Position numbers and translations under genes: made by a program. The notes beneath the pieces are model-generated. The model was given only the letters and a program-made list of their open reading frames with translations. It did no database searches and was not told the DNA's origin. Below, in pieces: positions 25,006 to 34,835 of a stretch of 64,000 bases of DNA. Source of the DNA: Desulfobulbus sp. GTDB taxonomy: Bacteria > Desulfobacterota > Desulfobulbia > Desulfobulbales > Desulfobulbaceae. The first letter of the stretch is position 1. Every line of letters begins with the position of its first letter. The DNA lies in the NCBI GenBank assembly GCA_003604995.1, contig QZJD01000054.1, positions 9,692 to 73,691 on the forward strand. Reading direction: 5' to 3'.

Positions 25006-26722
25006 CCGGGCAGGACGCGGCGCCCCCGCCGCCCGGAAAAAAGTTGGCGAACCCGCGGCGCGCGGCCGTCGCGGTACGGAGAGCGCCCGCTATGCGCACT
25101 ACATCCGGGAAAAGACCAACCAACTGCTCCAGGTCATGGGGACCGAACCCCTCAGGCCGGAGGAATTCGACGACCGCGAGTTGCTGAACCTCGATCCCAT
25201 CGGGATCATCGCCGGCTCCCTGGAGCAGGTGTTCGAATATCTGAACGAGACCATCGCGAACCTCAGCGAAGCCAGGGATGAGATGCAGGCCATCTTCGAC
25301 GCCACCGGCGTCGGCATCTCCATCATCGACCAGGACTTTTCCATCGTGAAGTGCAATGAAAAACAGCGGGAGCTCCTGGTGGACAAGCAGCTTGCCGATG
25401 TCAGCGGCCGCTTCTGCTACGAAGTCTATTGTTTGAAGAACGGCCCCGGCCTCGACTGCCCGGCTGTGGACACCTTTGCCACCGGTCGGCCGGTGGTGGT
25501 CAACGAGGTGCGAAAAAAAGGCAAGTATTTTCAGCTGGTCACCACCCCCTTTGCCCGGGATGCAGCCGGCCGGGTGACCCGGGTCATCGAGGTCGCCCTG
25601 GATATCACCGCCCGGAAGAAGGCCGAGGAGGAAGAGCGGCGGCAGCGAGGCTATTATCTGGCGGAAAAGTCGAAGCTCGCCTCGGTTCTGCAGAGCCTCT
25701 CCGAGGGACTCCTGGTCACTGATTCCCGGAACCGGATCATTTCCGTCAACGGCGCGGCCTTGCAGATCCTCGACCTGTCGCAGAAACAGGTGCGGGAACA
25801 GAGAATCGAAGAGCTTTTTCTCGACTGTCCGGCCGAGGCCAAAATCATGTTCGACGGGACCGCCCCTCATGCGTTTCAGAATGTCGAGATCCCGTTTCGC
25901 GGCGAAAACAGGGACCTGCTGCTCACGGTCAATTCCACCCCACTCACCGATGTCCGGGGCACGGTCACCGGCCGGGTGTTCACCTTCCGCGACATCACCG
26001 AGGAGAAGCGCCGGCAGGAGGTCTACCACCGTACCGAGAAGCTGGCGGCGGTGGGGCAGCTCTCGGCCGGCATCGCCCATGAACTCAATACCCCGCTGGG
26101 CAGCATCCTCGGCTATGCCCGGCTCCTGCTGAAGGGGGACAATTTGCTGGCCGAACAGAAGGAACGGCTGGCGATCATTGCCGAGCAGGCGAAAAAGAGC
26201 GGGGGCATCATCCGGGAGCTGCTCGATTTTTCGCGGCTTTCGACCCAGGCGCCGAGCCGGGGCGCAAGCTGCGACCTGAACCAGGTGGTGACCGAGGCAA
26301 TCAGGATTCTCCGGGCGGAATTCGACAAGCAGGAGATTGCGGTCACCTTTGCTTTATCCCCCTTGTCACCCGTTGCCGCGGACCCCAAACGGCTGGAGCA
26401 GGTCGTGGTCAATATGCTCCTGAACAGCGCCCAGGCCATCGGCAGTGGCGGTGAGGTCGAGATCGCCACCCTCCTGCAGAGCGATGAGGTGCAGGTGCGC
26501 ATCAGTGACAGCGGCCCGGGCATACCCGTCGAAAACCTGTCGCGGATTTTTGATCCGTTTTTCACCACGAAACCGGCCGGCAAGGGGACGGGGCTCGGTT
26601 TGTCTATTTGCGCCGGCATCATCAGCGACTACGGTGGGGCCATCGACGCACGCAACTCGCCGGGAGGCGGCGCCGTATTTACGATAACCCTTCCTCTCCC
26701 CGGAGAAGCCCATGCCGGATAG
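24980..26722 (+). CDS. cytoplasmic PAS-domain sensor histidine kinase
   Basis: No TM segments. Two PAS-like regions, H-box [15 protein letters not shown], and G-boxes DSGPGIP / GTGLGLS. The start is uncertain: 24980 overlaps the TusA-like gene by 26 nt. Confidence 0.85.
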   Translation: MKSPSGKGDRAGRGAPAARKKVGEPAARGRRGTESARYAHYIREKTNQLLQVMGTEPLRPEEFDDRELLNLDPIGIIAGSLEQVFEYLNETIANLSEARDEMQAIFDATGVGISIIDQDFSIVKCNEKQRELLVDKQLADVSGRFCYEVYCLKNGPGLDCPAVDTFATGRPVVVNEVRKKGKYFQLVTTPFARDAAGRVTRVIEVALDITARKKAEEEERRQRGYYLAEKSKLASVLQSLSEGLLVTDSRNRIISVNGAALQILDLSQKQVREQRIEELFLDCPAEAKIMFDGTAPHAFQNVEIPFRGENRDLLLTVNSTPLTDVRGTVTGRVFTFRDITEEKRRQEVYHRTEKLAAVGQLSAGIAHELNTPLGSILGYARLLLKGDNLLAEQKERLAIIAEQAKKSGGIIRELLDFSRLSTQAPSRGASCDLNQVVTEAIRILRAEFDKQEIAVTFALSPLSPVAADPKRLEQVVVNMLLNSAQAIGSGGEVEIATLLQSDEVQVRISDSGPGIPVENLSRIFDPFFTTKPAGKGTGLGLSICAGIISDYGGAIDARNSPGGGAVFTITLPLPGEAHAG

Positions 26723-28061
26723 CAACATCCGTATCCTGGTGGTTGACGATGATTTGCGTATGCGGGAGCTGATCCGCGACACCCTGGCTGAACTGGGAGT
26801 GCAAACAAAACTGTGCGGCGACGGTCGGGAAGCCCTCCGCCTGCTGTCGAGCGACTCTTATGATCTGGTCCTCACCGATCTGAAGATGCCCCATGTGGGC
26901 GGCATTGAGGTCCTGGAGCGGGTTAAGTCGCTGAATCCGGAAATCCTGGTTATTCTGATCACCGGCTACGGAACCATTGAGTCGGCCATCGAGGCCATGC
27001 GCAAGGATGCTTATGACTACATCCAAAAACCCTTTGAGCCAGATGATTTTCTTCTGATCGTTCGCCGTGCGCTGGGTCATATCCGGTTGCTCCGGGAAAA
27101 CCAGAGGCTCAGGGAGCAGGTGGCCGGCCTTGGATTTGATGAGCTGGTGGGCGACAGCAAGCCCATGACAGAGTTGCGGGCGATGATCGCCCGGATCGCT
27201 CCCCTGGACACCACGGTACTCCTGCAGGGCGAGACCGGCACCGGCAAAGAGCTGGTGGCCAGGCTGCTGCATCGGGGGAGCAAGCGCGCCAGGGCTTCCT
27301 TTCTGCCGGTCAACTGCGGGGCCATTGCCGAGACCCTTCTGGAATCGGAACTGTTCGGGCATGAGGCCGGGGCCTTTACCGGCGCAGACCGGAGAAAGCA
27401 GGGGTTGTTCGAGGCGGTGGCCGGCGGCACCCTGTTCCTGGACGAAATCAACGCCACCTCCCTCCAGTTCCAGGTGAAACTCCTCCGGGTCCTCCAGGAA
27501 GGAGAGGTCCTGCGGGTAGGGGCGACCGCACCGGTCAAGGTCGATGTCCGGATCATCGCCGCGGCGGGCGCATCCCTGGAAAGCGAGGTGGAACAGGGCC
27601 GCTTCCGGCGGGATCTGCTCTACCGGCTGAACGTCATTACCGTTGATATTCCGCCCCTCAGGAAGCGCCAGACCGATATTCCCCTGCTGGCCCACCATTT
27701 CTGCAACAAATACAGCCAGCGCTACCAGAAACCGATCAAGAGCCTCACCGGCGAGGCCTTGGAAAGGCTGCTGCAATACTCCTGGCCGGGCAATGTCCGG
27801 GAACTGGAAAATGTTGTGGAGCGGGCGGTGATCATGGCCGACGGCGACCGGATCAGAAGCGTTCATCTGCCCAACCGCCCGGAGTCCCGATCCTTGCCGG
27901 ACGATTTCTGCAACCGGCTGGTCTCACTGGCGGACATGGAAAAAATGCTGATCGAGCGTACCCTGCAGAGCCTCAATGGCCATAAAGGCCGGACCGCTGA
28001 AATTCTCGGCATCAGCCCAACCTCCCTTTGGCGCAAGATGAATCGCTACCACCTGCGCTGA
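26712..28061 (+). CDS. sigma-54-dependent response regulator (NtrC family)
   Basis: Receiver domain (VVDDDLRMREL..DLVLTDLKMP), AAA+ domain (GETGTGKE, GAFTGA) and C-terminal HTH. Confidence 0.9.
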   Translation: MPDSNIRILVVDDDLRMRELIRDTLAELGVQTKLCGDGREALRLLSSDSYDLVLTDLKMPHVGGIEVLERVKSLNPEILVILITGYGTIESAIEAMRKDAYDYIQKPFEPDDFLLIVRRALGHIRLLRENQRLREQVAGLGFDELVGDSKPMTELRAMIARIAPLDTTVLLQGETGTGKELVARLLHRGSKRARASFLPVNCGAIAETLLESELFGHEAGAFTGADRRKQGLFEAVAGGTLFLDEINATSLQFQVKLLRVLQEGEVLRVGATAPVKVDVRIIAAAGASLESEVEQGRFRRDLLYRLNVITVDIPPLRKRQTDIPLLAHHFCNKYSQRYQKPIKSLTGEALERLLQYSWPGNVRELENVVERAVIMADGDRIRSVHLPNRPESRSLPDDFCNRLVSLADMEKMLIERTLQSLNGHKGRTAEILGISPTSLWRKMNRYHLR

Positions 28062-28074
28062 TCCACCCTCTTTT

Positions 28075-28109
28075 CGTTCATTTTGAACGATCTTTCATTG
28101 TGAAAGATC
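28075..28109. promoter_or_regulatory. two abutting palindromes, candidate enhancer for the rhodanese sigma-54 promoter (could also act as the RR-gene terminator)
   Basis: CGTTCATTTTGAACG (28075-28089) and GATCTTTCATTGTGAAAGATC (28089-28109). Both contain TTCA-N3/4-TGAA. They lie 45-75 bp upstream of the -24 element. Confidence 0.35.
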
Positions 28110-28151
28110 CCTTCGTCATCCTATCTTGTTGATAATATTAATTTTTAATTA

Positions 28152-28167
28152 TGGCACGCTCCTTGCT
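28152..28167 (+). promoter_or_regulatory. sigma-54 promoter
   Basis: TGGCAC-GCTCC-TTGCT, a full consensus match, ~85 nt upstream of ATG 28250. It lies inside the spurious 5' extension of ORF 28151..28783. Confidence 0.65.
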
Positions 28168-28249
28168 TACTAAGGGTAACGAATGGCGTTCAGGGCCTGA
28201 TGTACAAGCCGGACAGGCCATCGATAACCTTGCAAGACAGGAGGATGAA

Positions 28250-28783
28250 ATGAGAACCAGGATTTCAGCAGTAGTGGCGGCGGCATTGTTTGTTATGAGC
28301 GGAACGGCCTTTGCTCTCACCGATGAGGAATACAAAACCGTGCAGAAGGTTGCGCAGGAGTTTTTGAGCAATGTCCCTGACAACGGCTATCACATCATGG
28401 CCGAGGATGTATTGAAGAGGATTCAGGAGAAGGACCCGAATCTGGTTATCGTGGACGTGCGCATGCCCAAGGAGAAAAAATACGATCAGGGGCACCTCCC
28501 CGGGGCGATTTACATCGGCTTTAAAGAACTCGCGAACCCGGAAAATCTGGCTAAGCTGCCGAAGGACAAGGATATCATCGTCCATTGCGACACCGGCCAC
28601 GAGCAGAACAAGGCCCTCACCGCCCTGCGGATGCTGGGCTACAACGCCTACGACATGAAATGGGGCTTCATGTCCTGGAAGTCTCTGCCGCCGACCGGCA
28701 TGACCCTCAAGGCCATCGAGGGCTCGATCCTCAACAACAACCCGGTTGAAAAGGCTGACACCCCCTCGGTCAGCATGCGGTAG
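28250..28783 (+). CDS. periplasmic rhodanese-domain protein
   Basis: ORF trimmed to ATG 28250 (AGGAGG upstream). Signal peptide MRTRISAVVAAALFVMSGTAFA. Rhodanese fold with active-site loop IIVHCDTGHEQN. Confidence 0.8.
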   Translation: MRTRISAVVAAALFVMSGTAFALTDEEYKTVQKVAQEFLSNVPDNGYHIMAEDVLKRIQEKDPNLVIVDVRMPKEKKYDQGHLPGAIYIGFKELANPENLAKLPKDKDIIVHCDTGHEQNKALTALRMLGYNAYDMKWGFMSWKSLPPTGMTLKAIEGSILNNNPVEKADTPSVSMR

Positions 28784-28971
28784 GCCAACCAATTCTTCTC
28801 CGCCTTTCTCCGGCGGTCAGGGACGAATCATTGATACGGCCCCCTGGCCGCCGTCCTTTTTCCAGCAGGCGAAATCCTGCCGTGCGCCGGATCTTCGCTC
28901 CCGGTCCGGATCGGGCAGCATCGCCGGTCAGATTGGCGAATGCGGGAATCCGGTCTGCCGGCAGATTTTCC

Positions 28972-30186
28972 TTACCCGCCGCAGACGGCTATGATTTCAA
29001 ATTCCTCGCCGGTAAGGGATTTTCCGCCCTCCGGGGTGACCTCAAAGGTGTTTTCGACCCCCACCATGCCGAATCCGGGAACGCCGATCTTCGGCTCGAC
29101 CGCCAGGGCCATTCCTTCTGCCAGGGGGGAATCGAAGCCCTGCGCCAGCACGGGATATTCATCCACGGCAAGGCCGATGCCGTGGCCGACGAAAAAGACC
29201 TTGTTTTTGCCCAGGCCCATAAAGCCGTCGCGCCACGGCGAACCTTCAACCCGGGCCAGGCAATGGTTCCAGATGGCGCTCGGCAGGGTACCCGGCCTGA
29301 GAAGTCCGGCAATCTGCTCCTGCAGGCCGATGCAGAACTCATGCGCCTCCCGCGCCTTGTCCGGCAGCGTTTCCTTTTCGCCAAGCCAGTACACCTGCGT
29401 CTTGTCGGTCATGTAGCCGGCCAGGGTGAACCCGTTGTCGATGATCAGGGGCTTGCCCGCGGTCCATCGCACTTTTGCCGATCCCATGTGCGGCGTCGCC
29501 GGATGCACGCCGCGAAGCCCGACCGGACCGTTGAAGACGCTGGGATAATTGGCGCTCTCGCCCACCGAGACATGGCCGAGAAAGACCTCTTCGCCGTAGT
29601 TTTCCATGCGCAGGATACCGAGATGCCCTTCCGCAAAGAAGATCTCTGAAAGTTTATGGCATATCGCCAGCTCGCTCATTCCCTCATGCAGAAAAGGAGG
29701 CAGAAGCTCGGTCAGGCATCGGGCATGCCTGCGCCCTGCTTCCCGCAGAAAGGTGAGCTCCCGCTCCGATTTATGGGCGCGGCACATGGCGAGTATTTTG
29801 TCGGCCGGAACGAACCGGCGGTCAGGGAGATGTTTGCTGAGGCTGTTGGCGAGGGTCCAGGACAGGCCGTTCATTTCCGCTCCGACCAGCTTCGGTAACG
29901 GACTGCCGGCATCGGCAAGGAGTGCCGCAAGGTCGCGATAGGATGCAAACGGGTAGATATGGGCCATGGGCGATTCGATCTTCGCCCGATCCTCGCCGCG
30001 CCGGCACAGCAGGACCGGGTCGCCGCTGGTGGGCAGCCAGAAAACGCCGTTGGCGAACGAGCCGCTGAAATAATAGATATTCAGGCGGGAAAAAATCAGA
30101 ACCCCCTGGGCCTGCGGGCTGAATTGCCGCAGGAGCTTTCGGCACCGGTCCCACCGGGCGGCCAGCTCCTGGAGAGGAATATTCAT
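28972..30186 (-). CDS. M24-family metallopeptidase (Xaa-Pro aminopeptidase / creatinase-like)
   Basis: N-terminal creatinase-like domain plus a pita-bread domain (IIDNGFTLAGYMTDKT.., GHGIGLAVDEYP, VEPKIG..G.VGVENTF). Confidence 0.8.
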   Translation of the reverse strand: MNIPLQELAARWDRCRKLLRQFSPQAQGVLIFSRLNIYYFSGSFANGVFWLPTSGDPVLLCRRGEDRAKIESPMAHIYPFASYRDLAALLADAGSPLPKLVGAEMNGLSWTLANSLSKHLPDRRFVPADKILAMCRAHKSERELTFLREAGRRHARCLTELLPPFLHEGMSELAICHKLSEIFFAEGHLGILRMENYGEEVFLGHVSVGESANYPSVFNGPVGLRGVHPATPHMGSAKVRWTAGKPLIIDNGFTLAGYMTDKTQVYWLGEKETLPDKAREAHEFCIGLQEQIAGLLRPGTLPSAIWNHCLARVEGSPWRDGFMGLGKNKVFFVGHGIGLAVDEYPVLAQGFDSPLAEGMALAVEPKIGVPGFGMVGVENTFEVTPEGGKSLTGEEFEIIAVCGG

Positions 30187-30599
30187 TGTTTACCTTAGAC
30201 TTTTTTTATTTGATTACCACTGAGCCTCTTGCAAAATGAATTGTAATCGTTTTGTAACAGACACCCGCGTTCAGTCTTTATGCGGCCATGAGGGGACTGA
30301 TTTTATTTTTTCCAGATATTCGGGGACAGAATGATTTTCGCTTCTCTGGCGCGCAAAAAATTATGTCTCCCGGATAGAAATTGCCGTCATTTTGCACGAG
30401 GCTCACTCATCCTCAGTTTTTTCGATCCTCGACCCCGACCCCGATTGCTGCTCTTTTTTTTTCAGTATTCGCATGGGATGCCAAGTTTGATAGACATTTT
30501 TCCGGGTTTTCTCAAGGTGGCGCTGCAGCTTGATCAACTCCGCCTGGAAAGGCTGAAGTTCCTCGCCTGGAGAAACTTCAGGCGAAAGGCCCGGAGACC

Positions 30600-31727
30600 T
30601 CAGTCCCCCAGGCAGGTGCCGATCATCCGGGCACTGGCGACCCAGGGGTGGTCAAGGGGAACGGTCCTGCGCAGCTCGACAACCTGCGCCAGCGGCACGA
30701 GTTCCGTACTCTCCCCCCGCGCCGCGACCATTACCCCGAACTGTTTCGCCTCTATGGCTCGAATGCAGGCCGTGCCGAGCCGGGTGGCCAGAACCCGGTC
30801 AGCCGCCGAGGGCGTTCCGCCCCGCTGCAGATGCCCGAGGATGGTGATCCGCGATTCAAGCCCGGTCAATTCCTCGAGCTGGCTGGACAGGCGGAGGGTA
30901 TTGATATTGCCATGGACCGAGTACTGGGCAAGGGAATTGCAAATTTTTTTCAGTTTTTCCTTCTTCTTCCCTTCCTTTGCAGCAGTCTTTGCCGCGGATT
31001 TCTCACTGCCCGCTGCATCCTCATCAGACAAGGCCCCCTCGGCCACGACTACGATGCTGAAATTTTTGCCCCGGTGCATGCGTTGCTGGATGGCCGACGC
31101 GACTTTGGCAACGGAGAAGGGGATCTCGGGAATGAGGATGACATCCGCGCCGCTGGCAATGCCCGCGCCCAAGGCCAGCCAGCCGGCGTTATGACCCATC
31201 ACCTCGACGACAATGATCCGGTGGTGACTGTGGGCGGTGGAGTGCAGCCGGTCGATAGCGGTGGTCGCGATCTCCATGGCCGTGTCAAAACCAATGGTCA
31301 CATCGGTCATGGCTACATCATTGTCGATGGTTTTGGGCAGGGTGATGATATTCATTCCCTTCTGCGACAGACGCAGGGCGTTTTTATGCGTCCCCCCGCC
31401 GCCGATGCAGACCAGAGCGTCGAGGTGGTGCCGACGGTAATTGTCGAGAAGGACATCGGTCATGTCCATCACCTTGCCGCCCACCGGCATCTTGTGCGGC
31501 TTGTCGCGGCTGGTCCCGAGAATGGTGCCGCCCAGGGTCAGGATATTGGCCAGGGTCTCCCCTTGCAGGCGGATGAACCTGTTTTCCATGAAACCGCGAA
31601 AGCCGTCGCGAAAGCCGATTATCTGGATATTCCCGGCCAGGGTCGCGCCCTTGCCGAGGCCGCGAATAGCCGCGTTCAGGCCGGGACTGTCACCGCCTGC
31701 CGTCAGGATTCCTATATGCTTGACCAT
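30600..31727 (-). CDS. pfkA: ATP-dependent 6-phosphofructokinase
   Basis: [43 protein letters not shown]. Contains a ~35-aa Lys-rich insertion between VVAEG and the LGHLQRGG block. Confidence 0.9.
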   Translation of the reverse strand: MVKHIGILTAGGDSPGLNAAIRGLGKGATLAGNIQIIGFRDGFRGFMENRFIRLQGETLANILTLGGTILGTSRDKPHKMPVGGKVMDMTDVLLDNYRRHHLDALVCIGGGGTHKNALRLSQKGMNIITLPKTIDNDVAMTDVTIGFDTAMEIATTAIDRLHSTAHSHHRIIVVEVMGHNAGWLALGAGIASGADVILIPEIPFSVAKVASAIQQRMHRGKNFSIVVVAEGALSDEDAAGSEKSAAKTAAKEGKKKEKLKKICNSLAQYSVHGNINTLRLSSQLEELTGLESRITILGHLQRGGTPSAADRVLATRLGTACIRAIEAKQFGVMVAARGESTELVPLAQVVELRRTVPLDHPWVASARMIGTCLGD

Positions 31728-31991
31728 GTTGCGATTCTCTCTTGAAAGGAAATGTTTCGGAAAATTATCAATCTATGCAAAGAGATAAGACGTGAACAAT
31801 AAATACTTATTTTATCCTGTTTAAGGATCAGATGGCAGCGAAACTCATTGTAACATAGTGCTGAGGGAAAACGCTCTGATCACGAACCGAAATAGGAATA
31901 ACATCGATTTGTGAACCATTGGTTGCGAATACTTGTCACCGAGCCATCTTGCTGATTTGTAACTTGATCAAGTCGTTTTGCGCATCCTGCG

Positions 31992-33290
31992 CTAGAAAAA
32001 CCAGCGCAGCCGCAGTTCCGCCCTGCTTCCGTTCAGCTTTTCGCCGTATTCCGTCTCCGCACCGCCGTGCAGCCAGGTGAAGCGGGCGCGCAGTTCGAAA
32101 TTGGTGAAGCCGGTATAGACGAGTTCCGGGGTGAGGGAGAAGCTCCCGTCGTCCAGCTGGACGATGGCCGTGACCGCCGGGGTGAAGTAGAGGATGTCCC
32201 ACGGCTCCTTGGCGGTGAGTCGGGTATAGAGATAGTTGCGGCCGACCTGCGGCCGGCCGTAGCCGCTCTGGCTGATGTTTGCCGCCCGCGCAAGCAGTGT
32301 GTCCCCGCCGCCGGCAAGGTACAGATCGTAGCCGTCGGCAACCGCCCGGTAGAAGCGGGCCAGCTCCTCCTCGGAGTAGCCGTCGCCGTTGTGATAGTAT
32401 TCGACAATAGCGGTGACCTCCCGCTCGGTGAGATAGCGCAATCCGATCAGAGCGCTGGTGTCGCTGATCTCCCGGGCCGTGGGGGCGCCGGTTTCATCGA
32501 GATAGGTCTGCTGCTGTGATGGGGTGTGGGCCAGCTCGCCGTGGATCTCGAAGTTCGGGGCCAGGTTCCTGGAGAAATCCAGGCCGAAGCGGGTGGAGCG
32601 GCTGTTGCCGGTGTAGACGAGAAAATCGATGTCGGTATCGAGGAAAAGGAGATAGAGCTTGGCCCCCAGGTTCAGGTTGTCCGCGGCGCCGAAATCCTCG
32701 TTGACCCCCTGCCAGACCGGCAGGGCCACCCCGGTCAGGGTCAGGGTCCGCAGGGGACCGGCCATGCTCCGCACCAGGTCCGCGCCCGCGCCGATGTAGC
32801 CTTCCAGGGCCTCTTCCGGGTCATCGGGATTCTTGGGCCGGTCGATGAAGGCCACCGGGTTCCAGGCATAGCCCTTGCCCCATTTGAAGGTCTTCTTGCC
32901 GAGATCCAGGGTGAAGCGCGGCGAGGCCTTGATGGTGGCGTAGCCGGTGTAGAGGTCGAGATCGTCGCCCCAGGCTGCTTCGTCCTGGGCCGCCCAGCTC
33001 TTGACCAGCCAGTTCAGGGAGGCGATGCCCTGCTGAAAGCGGCCATCCAGCTGCACGGCGCCGGTGAAACGGTTCAGCTCGGCGCGCGGCTCACGGTACT
33101 GATTGAGGATGGCCAGGGCACCGTCCCCGTTGAGGTCGAAATGCTCCCCCCTCGCCTCCAGGTAGCCGCCCCAGGTGAAGCGTTTTTTTTCAAATTCGGC
33201 CGGGTCGAAGCTGTAGTCTGCGGCCCGGCCGGTGCCGGCCGCCAGGCAGAGCACGAGGCAGAACAGGGCCGCGGGCCGGGTGCTGGTCAT
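31992..33290 (-). CDS. putative outer-membrane beta-barrel protein
   Basis: ORF trimmed to ATG 33290 (ATGA overlap with the upstream gene). Signal peptide MTSTRPAALFCLVLCLAAGTGRA. Alternating beta-strand-like sequence with a C-terminal ...RLRWFF. Confidence 0.6.
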   Translation of the reverse strand: MTSTRPAALFCLVLCLAAGTGRAADYSFDPAEFEKKRFTWGGYLEARGEHFDLNGDGALAILNQYREPRAELNRFTGAVQLDGRFQQGIASLNWLVKSWAAQDEAAWGDDLDLYTGYATIKASPRFTLDLGKKTFKWGKGYAWNPVAFIDRPKNPDDPEEALEGYIGAGADLVRSMAGPLRTLTLTGVALPVWQGVNEDFGAADNLNLGAKLYLLFLDTDIDFLVYTGNSRSTRFGLDFSRNLAPNFEIHGELAHTPSQQQTYLDETGAPTAREISDTSALIGLRYLTEREVTAIVEYYHNGDGYSEEELARFYRAVADGYDLYLAGGGDTLLARAANISQSGYGRPQVGRNYLYTRLTAKEPWDILYFTPAVTAIVQLDDGSFSLTPELVYTGFTNFELRARFTWLHGGAETEYGEKLNGSRAELRLRWFF

Positions 33291-34030
33291 CGCAGCTCTT
33301 CCACCGTGGCCAGGGCGTTGAGGGTGAAGATCTCGTCGGCCAGTTCCCGTTGCTCGATTTTGGCGTAGATCATCGCCGATTTGTAGCCCTGGTAGAGGGG
33401 GCTGTCCGTCTCCAGGACCGAGGGTCGGAGCTGCCCGTCGCCGAAGTCCTTCAGCTCGCTGTAGCGAAGCGTCTTGATCAGCATGCCGCCGGCAGCGTAG
33501 CATTCGATGGTCGTGGGCACCAGAGCCTCCTTGGCCACGGTCATTTTCAGGCGGTCATAGGCCACGCTGGCGGTCCTCGCCTTGAGGTCGAGGAGATAGG
33601 CGCTCTCCGTTTCTTCCATGCCGGTGGGCTCGTATTCGGTGGCATAGTCCAGGCGGAGGATGTCGGAGTTGTTAAATACTCCGCCCACCACCGACTGCAA
33701 ACTGGTGATCCGGATGGGCTTGCCCACGTTCGGAATGTAGAGCCACATGTTGTCTTCCAGGCGCAGGGTGGCGCGGCCCTTTTCGCTGGCCGGGGAAAGA
33801 AAGAGGACGACCATCTTGTCCCTCCCCTTGCGCAGGGTATAGAGGATGAATTCCTTTTTTGAGCCGTCCGGTTCGATGTTGATGAGCTTGCGGTACATCT
33901 CGGCGGACTCGGGCTGGAGGTTGCGGTCCACCCGGGTGAGGATCTCCCCGGCCTCCATGGCCGCCGCCGGCAAGGCGGTCAGCAGAACGAACAAGGTGAT
34001 CAGACAGCGCAGCATGGTTTTCTCCTTCAT
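33287..34030 (-). CDS. LolA-like outer-membrane lipoprotein-sorting family protein
   Basis: Signal peptide MLRCLITLFVLLTALPAAA. Its size and the ABC/FtsX context match the 'outer membrane lipoprotein-sorting protein' family as I remember it. Confidence 0.65.
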   Translation of the reverse strand: MKEKTMLRCLITLFVLLTALPAAAMEAGEILTRVDRNLQPESAEMYRKLINIEPDGSKKEFILYTLRKGRDKMVVLFLSPASEKGRATLRLEDNMWLYIPNVGKPIRITSLQSVVGGVFNNSDILRLDYATEYEPTGMEETESAYLLDLKARTASVAYDRLKMTVAKEALVPTTIECYAAGGMLIKTLRYSELKDFGDGQLRPSVLETDSPLYQGYKSAMIYAKIEQRELADEIFTLNALATVEELR

Positions 34031-34092
34031 GTGCTGGGCAATAGATATTGAGGCTGGGCAAGGCCAACCACTGTGGGTAATACTACCAACAA

Positions 34093-34219
34093 TCGGGGTC
34101 GGGGTCGGTATCGGTATCGATTTGCATTATAGCACTTGTCTCAACTCGAGATCATATCGAATCGGGCGCAGGTGAACATCCTGATTCGACCCCGATACCG
34201 ATTCCGACCCCGACCCCGA
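34093..34219. repeat. 127-bp MITE-like element with ~27-bp terminal inverted repeats built from GGGGTC/GGTATC hexamers
   Basis: Left arm tcggggtcggggtcggtatcggtatcga. Right arm tcgaccccgataccgattccgaccccgaccccga, whose reverse complement matches the left arm with 1 mismatch plus one extra hexamer. A solo half-copy, tcgaccccgaccccga, lies at 30429-30444. Confidence 0.5.
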
Positions 34220-34286
34220 GAGGATGGAAAAATTCTCCAACGTTTTCCTCGGTCTATGCATGGTGACGTTCGTTCCGCGCGGAGAA

Positions 34287-34357
34287 GGGCAGGCACGGGG
34301 GCCTGCCCCTACGAGTCGGGTGCAATTTCAGGTAGGGGCAGGTCCCCGTGCCTGCCC
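34287..34357. repeat. REP-like double palindrome
   Basis: gggcaggcacgggggcctgcccctac (34287-34312) and gtaggggcaggtccccgtgcctgccc (34332-34357) are reverse complements with 1 mismatch. Each arm is itself a hairpin (GGGCAGG..CCTGCCC). Confidence 0.6.
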
Positions 34358-34375
34358 ATGTGGTTACGTAAAACG

Positions 34376-34768
34376 TTATTTATTTATAGCGGACCGGACC
34401 GCATCCGCCGCGCTGCCGGTGGCGGTCCGGTGGTCGATGCCGTGGCGCTTCAGGGCATCGGCCATCTTGCCTCCGACCTCGCCGGCGATCACCGTTTGGA
34501 TCCCCTTGCCGGCCAGGAAGTCGGCGGCCTGTGGTCCGGCCCCGCCGGGAGTCCGCTGGTGGGGATTGGCCACCGCCTCGATCAGGTTGCCCTGGCCATC
34601 AAAGAAGAGGAACCAGAGACAACGGGCCGCCTGGACGCTGACCCGGGCATCGGCGTTTTCTCCTTCCGCGGCCACGGCATAGACCGGCCCGTCCCCGGCC
34701 ATGAGCGCAGGGGGTATGCCCGGAATGCCGAAAAGCATCATTGCCAGGATGACGTACAGTCTGTTCAT
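34376..34768 (-). CDS. NifX/NifB-C-terminal-like (dinitrogenase FeMo-cofactor-binding family) domain protein with a predicted signal peptide
   Basis: ORF trimmed to ATG 34768 (GGGAGGA upstream). N-terminus MNRLYVILAMMLFGIPGIPPALMA. Domain blocks AVAAEGENADARVS...FLFFD..G.LIEAVANP...GGAG.QAADFLAGKGIQTVIAGEVGGKMADAL. Confidence 0.7.
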   Translation of the reverse strand: MNRLYVILAMMLFGIPGIPPALMAGDGPVYAVAAEGENADARVSVQAARCLWFLFFDGQGNLIEAVANPHQRTPGGAGPQAADFLAGKGIQTVIAGEVGGKMADALKRHGIDHRTATGSAADAVRSAINK

Positions 34769-34835
34769 GCTTGGTTCCTCCCGTTGCTTTCGTTTTTTCA
34801 GGAGAAAGGGAGGGGCAAAAAGCCCCGACCGCTTA

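Noticed and set aside
30935-31030. Lys-rich ~35-aa insertion ([21 protein letters not shown]...) in the phosphofructokinase.
   Set aside because: It lies in a surface region that is variable among PFK subfamilies, and all catalytic blocks are intact. It is not evidently anomalous without an alignment.
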